Assembly: GCA_965199855.1 (NCBI GenBank)
Contig: OZ241326.1
Span: 1,312,001 to 1,376,000 of the forward strand
Direction of reading: 5' to 3'
DNA length: 64,000 nt
DNA from: a bacterium
GTDB lineage: Bacteria; UBA8248
This document shows positions 10,018 to 19,062 of the stretch, piece by piece. Below the pieces are notes generated by a model that did not search any database, was not told the origin of the DNA, and saw nothing but the letters and a program-made list of their open reading frames with translations. Both the position numbers and the translations under genes were made by a program. The stretch's first letter is position 1. Each line of letters starts with the position of its first letter.

Positions 10018-10923
10018 ATGCTTCCCGCGCGATTCCTCCTCGCCCCGCTTCTCTTGCTCCTGGCGGGCGTCATCGGGAGTTTTCCCGGCGCCGGCGTCCC
10101 GGACGCATCCGCCCAGCCCCGGGAGGCCGGTATGAAAATATCGGGCTTTGACGGCGCGGCGCTCGTTCGCGTGCCGCCGGGCCGGTTCGTCATGGGCAGC
10201 GAAGCCGGCGACAGAGACGAGCGGCCGCCCGTCAGGGTCTTCGTCTCCGGCTTCTGGATCGACAGGACCGAGGCGACGGCGGAGCGCTTCGCCCGCTTCG
10301 CCGCGCGGACGGGCTACCGCACGACGGCCGAGAAGCGCGGGTGGTCGTGGACGTGGGACGCCTCCCTGAAGGACGGCAGGGGCGGCTGGCGCAAGACGAG
10401 GGGGGCGAGCTGGCGAAGCCCGGAGGGGCCGGGGTCGAGCTGGCGGACGCCGCCCGGACGGCCCGTCTCCCACGCGAGCTGGCCCGACGCCGAAGCCTAT
10501 TGCGGGTGGGCGGGCAGGCGCCTGCCCACCGAGGCGGAATGGGAGCGCGCGGCGCGCGGAGACGACGGTCGGCGCTACCCCTGGGGGTCGCGGAAGGAGG
10601 CGCGGCGCGCCAACCTGAAGGGGGGCGGGGACGGATTTCCGGGCGTCGCGCCCGTGGGCCGCTTCCCGCGGGGGGCGAGCCCCTTCGGCGCGCTCGACAT
10701 GGCGGGCAACCTCTGGGAGTGGACGGCCGACCGCTACGCCTCCCGCGCGTATCGAAGCATGGCGAGGCGCGACCCCCACGGCCCGGCGAAAGGGAAAACG
10801 CGGGTGGTGCGCGGCGCCTCCTGGGGCAGCCCCCTCGCCTGGGCGGCGGCGCACAACCGCTATCACCGCCCGCCGCGCTACACAAACAACAAACTCGGCT
10901 TCCGCTGCGCGTCGGGACTTTAA
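10018..10923 (+). CDS. Exported FGE-sulfatase (SUMF1) fold protein, lacking FGE catalytic cysteines
   Basis: Signal peptide; [43 protein letters not shown]. Confidence 0.88.
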   Translation: MLPARFLLAPLLLLLAGVIGSFPGAGVPDASAQPREAGMKISGFDGAALVRVPPGRFVMGSEAGDRDERPPVRVFVSGFWIDRTEATAERFARFAARTGYRTTAEKRGWSWTWDASLKDGRGGWRKTRGASWRSPEGPGSSWRTPPGRPVSHASWPDAEAYCGWAGRRLPTEAEWERAARGDDGRRYPWGSRKEARRANLKGGGDGFPGVAPVGRFPRGASPFGALDMAGNLWEWTADRYASRAYRSMARRDPHGPAKGKTRVVRGASWGSPLAWAAAHNRYHRPPRYTNNKLGFRCASGL

Positions 10924-10958
10924 TATGGCCCGCATCCATTGGGCGCGCTGCGTGAGCC

Positions 10959-10981
10959 GCAGGGGACGCATATATGCGCCC
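10959..10981 (+). repeat. Degenerate GTAG-type REP palindrome
   Basis: GCAGGGGACGCATATATGCGCCC, a variant of the 11253 element. Confidence 0.55.
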
Positions 10982-11040
10982 GTTGGAACGGCGGCTTTGA
11001 GGTATGACGACCCCTTGTCCTGAATGAAAGAGATCAACCC

Positions 11041-11230
11041 ATGAAGGCGGTAAAGCGGACGGCTCTGCTTTTCGTTGCGGCGGCCCTGCGCGGATTCCGG
11101 CTTCTCGCCGAGCGCGGCGGCGCGGTTTCGCGAGCTGGCCGCGATGTTCCTGACCCCGCCGGAGTTCGCCGGCGTCCGGAGGCTCGCGCGGGAGTGGCGG
11201 CCCCGTAAGGAGGCCCTGCCCGCCAAGTAA
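11041..11230 (+). pseudogene. Collapsed Sel1-repeat protein remnant (signal peptide plus out-of-frame C-terminal tail)
   Basis: ATG 11041 gives MKAVKRTALLFVAAAL. A different frame ending at TAA 11228-11230 gives AARFRELAAMFLTPPEFAGVRRLAREWRPRK, resembling the ..MTP.QIAEAQRLAREW.P tail of bacterial Sel1 proteins. Confidence 0.5.
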
Positions 11231-11252
11231 GCCGCGCGGCGGGGGATCGCTT

Positions 11253-11335
11253 GTAGGGGACGCATTCATGCGTCCCGCCCGCGCATTGACGGAGCGACCC
11301 GTAGGGACAAACGGACAAACCCCCTGTGGTTGTCC
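11253..11335 (+). repeat. Two GTAG-type REP palindromes
   Basis: GTAG-GGGACGCAT-TC-ATGCGTCCC (11253-11276) and GTAGGGACAAAC-GGACAAAC-CCCCTGTGGTTGTCC (11301-11335, with an internal 8-nt tandem duplication). Confidence 0.65.
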
Positions 11336-11386
11336 TCTTGCGGGAAACGGGTGCGGGCTACGGACGGCTGGGGGGATCCTCCGCCT

Positions 11387-12361
11387 TCAATTCGCGGGAA
11401 CGGGCGGAACCACCAGCACGCCGTGGGGGCCGCTGCCCACGCGGATTCTGCGGATGTTGCGGTGCCTGCGGGCGTCCATGACGAACACCTCTCTCGAATC
11501 GCGGTTCGTCACGTAGGCGAGCGCGCCGTCGGGCGTGAAGGCGATGAGGTCGGGGCGGACGCCCTGCTTCACGCGGGCGACGCGCTTTTGCTCGGGCAGG
11601 GCGAACACCGAGACGGCGTTTCGGTGCGGCAGGGTGACGTAGAGAAATTTCCCGTCCGGCGTGATGAGGGCGTCGTGCGGCTCGCCGGAGAGCCTGACGG
11701 CGCGCTCGATTTCGAGGGTGGCGAGATTCACGACGCTGTAGGAATGCCGCTCGCCGTTCATCACGTAGAGCCGCTCGCCGCCGCGCGTCACGTCGATGCC
11801 CTCGATGTAGTGGCCCGCCTCTATCTGCTTGATCGGCCTGCCCGCTTCGAGATCGACGACGGAGACGTCCTCGCTCAGCTCGTTGGCGACGAAGGCGCGG
11901 CGACCGTCCGGGCCGAGCTTGATGTTCACCGGGCTGCTGCCGCCGTGCCGGATGAGGCCGACGAGCTTCCGGGCGGCGACGTCGAGAATCGTCACGTTGT
12001 CGGAGTAGGCGTTCACGAAGTAGGCGAGGCGTCCGTCGGGGGAGAAGGCGAGGTTGTAGGGGTCGCGGCCCGCGCGCACGCGGCGGAGGAGTTTCATCGT
12101 TTGGGCGTCGAACACGCGGACGAAGGCGCTGCCGTCGTTGATGACATAGACGCGGCGGCCGTCCGGGGAGAGGGCGAGGCGGTTCGCCTTGCGGCCCGCG
12201 GGAATCGTCCGGATCACCCTGTGGGAGTCGCGCGAGATGACGCTCAGGGTGCCCTCGCGCGTGTTCGTGACGAGAATTCTCTCTCCCGTCCGCCCCCCGC
12301 TCGCGCCCTCGGGGACGCCGAGCGCGAGGAGGACGAGGATGGCTGCGATCTTGCGCGTCAT
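11387..12361 (-). CDS. Exported YncE/YVTN-type beta-propeller protein
   Basis: Signal peptide; about 7 repeats of (L/F)SPDG(R/K)..YV.N..S..VSV.D. Confidence 0.88.
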   Translation of the reverse strand: MTRKIAAILVLLALGVPEGASGGRTGERILVTNTREGTLSVISRDSHRVIRTIPAGRKANRLALSPDGRRVYVINDGSAFVRVFDAQTMKLLRRVRAGRDPYNLAFSPDGRLAYFVNAYSDNVTILDVAARKLVGLIRHGGSSPVNIKLGPDGRRAFVANELSEDVSVVDLEAGRPIKQIEAGHYIEGIDVTRGGERLYVMNGERHSYSVVNLATLEIERAVRLSGEPHDALITPDGKFLYVTLPHRNAVSVFALPEQKRVARVKQGVRPDLIAFTPDGALAYVTNRDSREVFVMDARRHRNIRRIRVGSGPHGVLVVPPVPAN

Positions 12362-12442
12362 GGGACGTCCGAACGGGTGATGGCGGCGTCCGCGAGCCCG
12401 GACGCCGCCTGAAAACGCTCCCGCCGCCTCGCCCGGTGCGGG

Positions 12443-12898
12443 TTATTTCGCCGCCTTGCCCTGCTCTCTCAGGAAGCGCTCCTTCGCCTTCGGGTCGAAG
12501 CGGCAACGGCACATCCTGCGGATGAGCTCCACCAAATCACGAATCTCCTCCTTTGTAAATACGTTGCCCCAGGGGGGCATGATGGGGGAGAGGTCGCTCG
12601 CCGCCCCGCCGTGGGTGATGGTGCGCGTCATGTCCGCATCGGAGAACTGCGCCATGTCCTTCCCGTCCGTGAGGTCGCGGGGGCTCACGGGCAGCTTCTT
12701 CGTGTTGTTCACCCCCTTGCCGTCTCCCTTGGGTCCATGGCACTGGACGCAGAACCAGCGAAAGTGCGCCTCCGCGCTCGTGCGCCGCGCCGCCTCGCCG
12801 GGCCTCGAGGGCAGGGGGGCGGCGCCCTCGCTCGCGCCGGCGGGGGATGCCGCCGCGAGCGTCAGGGCGAGGAGCGCGGCGAGAGCCGGCGTCCTCAT
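12443..12898 (-). CDS. Monoheme cytochrome c
   Basis: Signal peptide, CVQCH, distal MPPW, C-terminal CRC. ATGA overlap with the upstream gene. Confidence 0.9.
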   Translation of the reverse strand: MRTPALAALLALTLAAASPAGASEGAAPLPSRPGEAARRTSAEAHFRWFCVQCHGPKGDGKGVNNTKKLPVSPRDLTDGKDMAQFSDADMTRTITHGGAASDLSPIMPPWGNVFTKEEIRDLVELIRRMCRCRFDPKAKERFLREQGKAAK

Positions 12899-13695
12899 TT
12901 GAAGCTCGCTATGTAGGCGGCGAGGGCGATGAAGTCCGCATCGCCCAGCCTCGTGAACGCCTTGTCCCCATAAACCGGCATCCTGCCGTTGGGGTTGTAG
13001 CGGCGCGGGTTTTTCAGGAACGCGACGATGAAGTCGGGGTTCAGCCTACGCCCGGCCTCCCGGAAATGGGGCGCGCTGTGGCCGCCCACCTCGATTTTCG
13101 TCCGGTAGACCGTCTTTCGTATCGAGACCATGTGGCACGAATAGCAGGGTTGCTTCTTCTGGAACAGGACGCGCGCCCGCCGCAGCGTCCGCCGGGGGAT
13201 TTTCCTCCACCTGGGAACGACGCCCGAGGGCATTTGCGGGTCTTTGAGGCTCTCCAGCCAGGCGGCGACCTCGCGCGCCTCCTCCTTCGGGAGCGCCGGA
13301 TGCGCGTATCTCCCCCGCTTCATGGTTCCGAATAGGACGCCCCGGAACGGCTTGGGTCTTTCGAGCCAGCCCGCCAGGAAGCCGGGGCGGAACTTGCTGC
13401 CCGCGTACCAGAGCGTAGGTCCTTTTATGCGCCGGCGCGCGGGGACGGGCAGTATGCGCTCGGGCCCCTGAACCGCGTGGCAGCCGCCGCAGCCGCTTCG
13501 CCCGAAAATCGCTTCTCCCGCGCGCGTATCCGCGCCGTGCGAGGCGGCGGGCGCAAGCGCGAAGGCGAGCGCTCCCGCGAGGACGAAGGGGAGAACCGCC
13601 CCGGGCCTCGCTCCCGAAAGCGGCGCGGGGGCGATTCGCCCGCCCGCCCCCGTCCGCCGCCCTGAAGGGGAGGGATTCATTCCGCAAGGCGTCAT
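12895..13695 (-). CDS. Diheme cytochrome c
   Basis: CGGCH and CYSCH; hydrophobic signal segment; ATGA overlaps on both sides. Confidence 0.88.
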   Translation of the reverse strand: MTPCGMNPSPSGRRTGAGGRIAPAPLSGARPGAVLPFVLAGALAFALAPAASHGADTRAGEAIFGRSGCGGCHAVQGPERILPVPARRRIKGPTLWYAGSKFRPGFLAGWLERPKPFRGVLFGTMKRGRYAHPALPKEEAREVAAWLESLKDPQMPSGVVPRWRKIPRRTLRRARVLFQKKQPCYSCHMVSIRKTVYRTKIEVGGHSAPHFREAGRRLNPDFIVAFLKNPRRYNPNGRMPVYGDKAFTRLGDADFIALAAYIASFK

Positions 13696-14753
13696 TGGGG
13701 GAGCTCCGGCGCCCTGACTTCGGGGAGGTCGCCCGTCAGCGCGCCCATGAAGGCGATGAGATCAGCCTTTTCCCGCTTCGTGAGGCCGAGCGGCTTCATG
13801 TCCGGGTCGAGGTGGGGGTTCGGGTGTCCGCCTTTGTCGTAGAAATCCACCACCTCCTCCAGCGTGGCGAAGCGTCCGTCGTGCATGTAGGGCGCCGTCT
13901 GCGCGACGTGGCGGAGGGTGGGGGTTTTGAACCTGCCCCTGTCCCGGACGCGCTTCGTAATCCTCTCGCGCCCCGCCTCGATCGGCCGCTTGTCCATGCC
14001 GACGCCCAGGTTGTGGAACTTGTCGTCCGTGAACGGCGCGCTGAACTCGTCCGCCAGATGGCATTTCACGCAGTTTCCCTTCGAGGTGAACACCTCGAAC
14101 CCCCGAATCGCCGCCTGCGGCATCGCGGCCTCGTCTCCTCCGAACTTCCAGCGGTCGAACGGCGAATTGCCCGAGAGCAGGGTGCGCTCGAAGGAGGCGA
14201 TGGCCCGCGCGACGCGATCCAGGCTGATCTCCCCGCTGCCGAACGCCGCGCGGAAGCGCGCCCGGTATCCCCGAATCGCTCCGAGCGTCCGGATGATTTT
14301 CTCCTCGCTCGAGGCCATCTCGCCCGGGTGGAGGATGGGCCCCTTCGCCTGCTCCTCCAGGCTCCCCGCCCGCCCGTCCCAGAAGAGGAACTCGTGATAG
14401 GCGGCGTTGATGATGGTGGGCACGTTCCTGAGCGTGGACCTGCCCTGGAAGCCCGCGCCATACCGGCGCGCGTTCGAGAATCCGCGCCGCGGCACGTGGC
14501 AGGTCGCGCAGGAGACGGCGCCGTCGCCCGATATGCGCTTCTCGAAGAAGAGCAGCTTTCCGAGCTCGACCTTGGCCCGCGTCATCGGGTTGTTCTCCGG
14601 CGCGGGGGCGTCGTCGAGGCCCAGGGGCGGAGGCGGGGGGAACTCCTCCGCCTCCCGGGGCTGCGCCTGCTGCGCGCGCGCGGGCGGGGCGGCGAGGCAT
14701 CCCGCCGCCAGAGCGAGCAGAACGAGCGCGGCGATTCGCGCGGGGTGCGGCAC
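13692..14753 (-). CDS. Di-heme cytochrome c peroxidase/MauG superfamily protein
   Basis: NPMT.AKVELGK.LFF, SCATCH, RNVPT, FWDGRA.SLEEQA, NCVKCH, FKTPTLR, TAPYMHDG. GTG start after GAGGAAAG. Confidence 0.92.
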   Translation of the reverse strand: MPHPARIAALVLLALAAGCLAAPPARAQQAQPREAEEFPPPPPLGLDDAPAPENNPMTRAKVELGKLLFFEKRISGDGAVSCATCHVPRRGFSNARRYGAGFQGRSTLRNVPTIINAAYHEFLFWDGRAGSLEEQAKGPILHPGEMASSEEKIIRTLGAIRGYRARFRAAFGSGEISLDRVARAIASFERTLLSGNSPFDRWKFGGDEAAMPQAAIRGFEVFTSKGNCVKCHLADEFSAPFTDDKFHNLGVGMDKRPIEAGRERITKRVRDRGRFKTPTLRHVAQTAPYMHDGRFATLEEVVDFYDKGGHPNPHLDPDMKPLGLTKREKADLIAFMGALTGDLPEVRAPELPQ

Positions 14754-14800
14754 GGCGTTTCTTTCCTCGGGGCGGACTGCCTGAAGGCGCGGCTGCGGCC

Positions 14801-15193
14801 TTACGCTCTGCTCAGCAGCTCGATGCTCACGCCGTCGGGCGCCTCGATGAAGGCGATCCTCGTCGTCGGGTTGAACTGTCGGGGCTCCATCGTGAACTTC
14901 ACGCCCTTCGCCTTGAGGTCGTCGCAGAAGCCCTGAAAATCGCCCTCGACGCGAAAGGCGAAATGATCCGTCCCCCATTGGAGGCCGCTTTTCCCGGCCG
15001 CGCGCTCGCCCGTTCTCTCGCCGCGCACCATGACCGTCGCCCCGCCCAGCCGCACCGGAATCTGCGGCGCGCCCCGCACCTCGGCGCCTTCCGCGCGCTC
15101 GCCGCCGAGCTTCTCGACGAACCAGCCGACCGAAGCCTCCGGGTCCCGGCTGATGACGTGGACGTGATCGAACGCGACTCTGGCTGAACCCAT
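14801..15193 (-). CDS. VOC/glyoxalase family protein
   Basis: FDHVHV, DHFAFRV, AFIEAPDGVSIEL. Confidence 0.9.
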   Translation of the reverse strand: MGSARVAFDHVHVISRDPEASVGWFVEKLGGERAEGAEVRGAPQIPVRLGGATVMVRGERTGERAAGKSGLQWGTDHFAFRVEGDFQGFCDDLKAKGVKFTMEPRQFNPTTRIAFIEAPDGVSIELLSRA

Positions 15194-15311
15194 GCTTCGG
15201 CTCCTCTGAAATTCAGACGCTGCGGGCGGGGCCGCTCCCTCCGCCGGAAAAAACGGCGCGTCCCCCCGCCCGTTCGCTTCATGCCGCGCGGCGGGAACCT
15301 TGCGCGCCCCG

Positions 15312-15962
15312 CTATTCGCTCCAGGTCACGTCCCCGTACTCGCCCGGCCTCGGCCGCCCCGCGGCGCGGAAGCCGGCGAATTCCTCCTTGCTCCGGGCGA
15401 CGGTGCTGTTCGCCCCGTGTCCGGGGTAGAGGACGGTCGCGTCCGGCAGGGCGAACACCTTGTTCTCGATGGAGTCGAGCAGGGCGAGCAGCTGGGCGTG
15501 GCTCCAGGTTTTCCCGGGGCCGCCGGGGAAAATCGCATCCCCGCAGACGCAGTGGCCCGGGTAGTGGAACATGAGCATCCCCCTGCAGTGGCCGGGGGCG
15601 TGAATCGCCCGCAGCGCGACCTCGCCGAAGCGGACCTCGTCGCCGTCGTTGATGGCGAAGTCCGGGCTGATGCCGAATTCGGCGGCGTCCTCGGGGTGCT
15701 GGCCCAGGGGCGCGCCCGTCCGATCGCGCACCTCGTCCAGGGCGTCGATGTGATCCCCGTGGCAGTGGGTTTGCAGGATGTATTTCGGCGTCGCGCCCTC
15801 GCAGGCGGCGAGAATCGGCTCGGCGGCGTGGGAGGTGTCGATGATGACGCACTCCCGGGTCGCCTTGCAGGTCAGGACGTAGACGTTGTTGCTGTAAGGG
15901 CCGATGTTGAGCTTCCGGAGGTCGAGGGCGGGAAGCTCCACCCGTTGGTCGAATTCACCCAT
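15312..15962 (-). CDS. Metallo-beta-lactamase fold hydrolase (glyoxalase II-like)
   Basis: THCHGDHI, APGHC, GDAIFPGG, YPGHG. Confidence 0.92.
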   Translation of the reverse strand: MGEFDQRVELPALDLRKLNIGPYSNNVYVLTCKATRECVIIDTSHAAEPILAACEGATPKYILQTHCHGDHIDALDEVRDRTGAPLGQHPEDAAEFGISPDFAINDGDEVRFGEVALRAIHAPGHCRGMLMFHYPGHCVCGDAIFPGGPGKTWSHAQLLALLDSIENKVFALPDATVLYPGHGANSTVARSKEEFAGFRAAGRPRPGEYGDVTWSE

Positions 15963-16037
15963 GTCGTCTTCTCTCCTTTCGCGTGAGGAGGCCGGCGTTC
16001 CCGGGAGGCGCCCGCCCGGGGGCGCGATTTCGGAGAA

Positions 16038-17048
16038 TCATACAGGAAAGTTGGCGAATCCGTATTCCCTCCGGCCGTCAGGAAGCCTTTTTTCTCCCGC
16101 TCCTCGCTCCGGCCGCGGTCTTTCGCGTTCCGCCGCCGCTCCTAAGGCCGGCGCCTCTCCCGCCTCCGGGAGGCGAAGACGGGAGACGGGCTTCGAGAAC
16201 GGCGTGGGGAAATTCGTGAGCAGGGCCTCATGCACGGCGTTTCGGTTCGCCTCCCTCGCGCCCACGTGATAGAAGTGCTCCCGGACGGAGATGAGGCAGT
16301 CCTTCCACAGCGAGAAAACGTGGCCGTTGACGCGGTATCTGTTCCCCAGCCACGTGGAGACCATGAAGTCCGCCCCCGATTCGACCAGCGCGCCGTGAAG
16401 CGCGGCCTCCTCGTCCTCCGACCATGAGCCGTAATAATCCGCGTGGCGGCCGATATACGGCGGGTCGCAATACGCGAGGTCGCCCGCTCCCGCTTCGGCC
16501 AGCGTCGCCTCGAACGGCTGATGCCTGAACTCGTAGTCCCCCTCGGCGATAACGCGCGAGACCGCCTCGATCTGGTTGGCGATTTTCGTGATCAGCGCCC
16601 GCGCGAAGCGGCCGGGCTTCCTGCAGAAGGGGACGTTGAAGCCGCCGCGGCCGTTGAAGCGCATCATCCCGTTGAAGCAGGAGCGGCTCAGGAACAGGAA
16701 ATCCAGGGGGTCGCCGCGCGCGTTGAACCGCTCGCGGACGGCGTAGTAGCGCGCCCCGCCGCTCGCCAGGAGTTTTTCGCCCTCCTTTTCGAAAAAGCGC
16801 CTCGCCGTCTCGCCCGTGATTCTCCCGGAGCGGACGCATTCGTAGAATTCGACCACGTGCGGGTTGCCGTCGCAGAGCAGGGCGGCCTTCGGGCGCGCGT
16901 TGAAGGCGACCGCGCCGGTTCCCATGAACGGCTCCACCCAGCGCCGGAAGCTTCTCCCTTCGGCGTGCGCGACTATCCAGCCGGCGAGCTTCGTCTTGAT
17001 TCCCTGCGACTTGATGGGAGGAGCGAAGCCTGCCTTTTCATGGCGCAT
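16038..17048 (-). CDS. Dam-family N6-adenine DNA methyltransferase, M.EcoRV-like
   Basis: PPIKSQGIKTKL, WVEPFMGTG, SCFNGMMRFN, YCDPPYIGRH, EHFYHVGA, recalled as matching M.EcoRV. Start taken at MRHEKAG. Confidence 0.9.
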   Translation of the reverse strand: MRHEKAGFAPPIKSQGIKTKLAGWIVAHAEGRSFRRWVEPFMGTGAVAFNARPKAALLCDGNPHVVEFYECVRSGRITGETARRFFEKEGEKLLASGGARYYAVRERFNARGDPLDFLFLSRSCFNGMMRFNGRGGFNVPFCRKPGRFARALITKIANQIEAVSRVIAEGDYEFRHQPFEATLAEAGAGDLAYCDPPYIGRHADYYGSWSEDEEAALHGALVESGADFMVSTWLGNRYRVNGHVFSLWKDCLISVREHFYHVGAREANRNAVHEALLTNFPTPFSKPVSRLRLPEAGEAPALGAAAERERPRPERGAGEKRLPDGRREYGFANFPV

Positions 17049-17159
17049 GGGCCGCGTCCTGCCTGCGGGCGGTGAGTTGCGGGGCTTCCGGCGTATAATT
17101 CGCGCACTGTGTATAACGCTTTCTTCGGGCGAATCACAACCACGGAGGCGGAAAGCGGG

Positions 17160-17861
17160 ATGGGGCGGCCTTTCGTGTTCTCGAACCTGGCGATGACGCT
17201 GGACGGAAAAATCGCCGCCTTCGACCGCGCGGACTTCTCCCTCGGCTCGGAGGAGGATCGCCTGGAGATGGATCGCCTTCGGGCGCGGGCGGACGTCGTG
17301 CTGTGGGGGGGCGAGACGCTGCGCGCCGCGCGCCATCCCGCGCGCGTCCGGGAGAAATCCCTCGTGGAGGAGCGCGTGAGGCGGGAGCGCCCGCCGCATC
17401 CGGCGAACGGGGTGGTGACGAAAAGCGGGGTTTTTCCCCCCGGCCTCCCCTGGTTTGAGGCGGGGGACATGGAGCGCTTCGTCTTCACCTCGCCCGCGGG
17501 CGCCGCCCGGCTCGACCCGCGCCAGGCCGCGCGCGCGAGAGTCGTCGCGCTGGAGGGGGAGGATTCCCCGGCGCGGGGGGCGCTGGCGCATCTGGAGGAG
17601 GCGGGGATGCGAAGCGTCCTCATCGAGGGCGGCGGCGGCCTGATCTGGGCGTTCGCCGGCCTGATCGACGAGTTTCACGTGACGCTCACCCCCTGGCTCG
17701 CCGGGGGAGCGAAGGCGCCGACGCTCATGGACGGGGCGGGGTTTCGCCCGGGCGAGTTTCTGGGCCTGCGCCTCGTGGAGGTTCGCCGGGCGGGGGACGA
17801 GCTGTTCCTGCGCTACGCCGCCGCGCCCGGGAGGCGGGGCGGCTCCCGGGCCGCCGATTGA
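17160..17861 (+). CDS. RibD C-terminal domain (dihydrofolate-reductase-like) protein
   Basis: RPFVFSNLAMTLDGKI, LRARADVV, VLIEGGG. Confidence 0.88.
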   Translation: MGRPFVFSNLAMTLDGKIAAFDRADFSLGSEEDRLEMDRLRARADVVLWGGETLRAARHPARVREKSLVEERVRRERPPHPANGVVTKSGVFPPGLPWFEAGDMERFVFTSPAGAARLDPRQAARARVVALEGEDSPARGALAHLEEAGMRSVLIEGGGGLIWAFAGLIDEFHVTLTPWLAGGAKAPTLMDGAGFRPGEFLGLRLVEVRRAGDELFLRYAAAPGRRGGSRAAD

Positions 17862-17965
17862 AACCTCCCCGCTCCGTGTGGTAGGGATGAGTGTCTGATT
17901 TTCCCGTTCTTGCGATGCTCCGGCGGCCGCGCCCGCGCGCCGCCGCCGGGAGGAGGGCGTCTGCT

Positions 17966-18955
17966 GTGGCCACCGGGGCGAGGAGAAGGGCGGCGAAGCC
18001 CAGGAAGCTGACGAAGAAGGACCTGGACGGCATGTATCGCAACATGCTGCGGATTCGCCGGTTCGAGGAGAAGACCGACGAGTTCTTCATGGCCGGCCGG
18101 GTGAAGGGGGCGGTTCACGTGAGCATCGGGCAGGAGGCGTGCTCGGTGGGGGTGTGCGCCGCCCTGACCGAGGAGGACGCCATTCTCACCACCCACCGGG
18201 GCCACGGCCACTCCATCGCCAAGGGCACGCGGATGCCCGAGATGATGGCCGAGCTGCTGGGAAAATCCACCGGCCTCTGCAAGGCGCGCGGCGGCTCCAT
18301 GCACATCGCCGACATCTCGAAGGGCCACTACGGGGCGCACTCCATCGTGGGGGCGAACATGCCGATGGCCACCGGCATGGGCCTCGCCTACCAGCTGGAG
18401 GGCCGGGGGCGCGCGGCGGTGGTCTTCTTCGGCGACGGCGCCTCGAACCAGGGAAGCTTTCACGAATCCATGAACCTGTGCGCCATCTGGAAGCTGCCCG
18501 TCATCTTCTTCTGCGAGAACAACCACTACGCGGTGAGCTATCACGTGGAGCGCTCCACCGCCGTCCGGGACATCAGCGTGCGGGCGCAGGGCTACGACTC
18601 GCCCGGGGTGACGGTGGACGGCATGGACGTGGCCGCCGTCTATGAGGCCACGGCCGAGGCCGTGCGCCTAGCGCGCGCGGGGGGCGGCCCCAGCCTCATC
18701 GAGGCGAAGACCTACCGCTTCTTCGGCCACTCGCGGGGCGACCCCCAGTTCGGGCCGTATCGGACGAAGGAGGAGGTCGATGAGTGGCGCAAGCGCGACC
18801 CCCTCGCGGTCGCGGAGAAGATGCTGCGCCTCACGGAGGCGCGGAAGAAGGCGCACCTGGAAGCCGTGGACGAGGAGCTGGCCGAGGCCATCGCCTTCGC
18901 CGAGCGCAGCCCGGAGGCGACGCTCGAATCGGCGCTCGAGGACGTGTATGCCTGA
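17966..18955 (+). CDS. TPP-dependent dehydrogenase E1 alpha subunit (AcoA/PdhA-like)
   Basis: IRRFEE, GQEA, THRGHGH, GGSMH, FGDGASNQG, ENNHY, TYRFFGHS. GTG start after GGAGGAGG (the ORF is open from 17891). Confidence 0.93.
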   Translation: MATGARRRAAKPRKLTKKDLDGMYRNMLRIRRFEEKTDEFFMAGRVKGAVHVSIGQEACSVGVCAALTEEDAILTTHRGHGHSIAKGTRMPEMMAELLGKSTGLCKARGGSMHIADISKGHYGAHSIVGANMPMATGMGLAYQLEGRGRAAVVFFGDGASNQGSFHESMNLCAIWKLPVIFFCENNHYAVSYHVERSTAVRDISVRAQGYDSPGVTVDGMDVAAVYEATAEAVRLARAGGGPSLIEAKTYRFFGHSRGDPQFGPYRTKEEVDEWRKRDPLAVAEKMLRLTEARKKAHLEAVDEELAEAIAFAERSPEATLESALEDVYA

Positions 18956-19062
18956 GCGTCTCCATCGCCCGGCGAAGGCTTTGCGAATCGAGGCGCCGGG
19001 GGAGGCCGGCCGGGGCGATCGCCGCGAATTTCCGAGTCCGTAGAAAATCCCGGAGGGGCGAC

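Noticed and set aside
17671-17686. GTTTCACGTG as a second parS
   Set aside because: Only a half-site match, and it lies inside coding sequence
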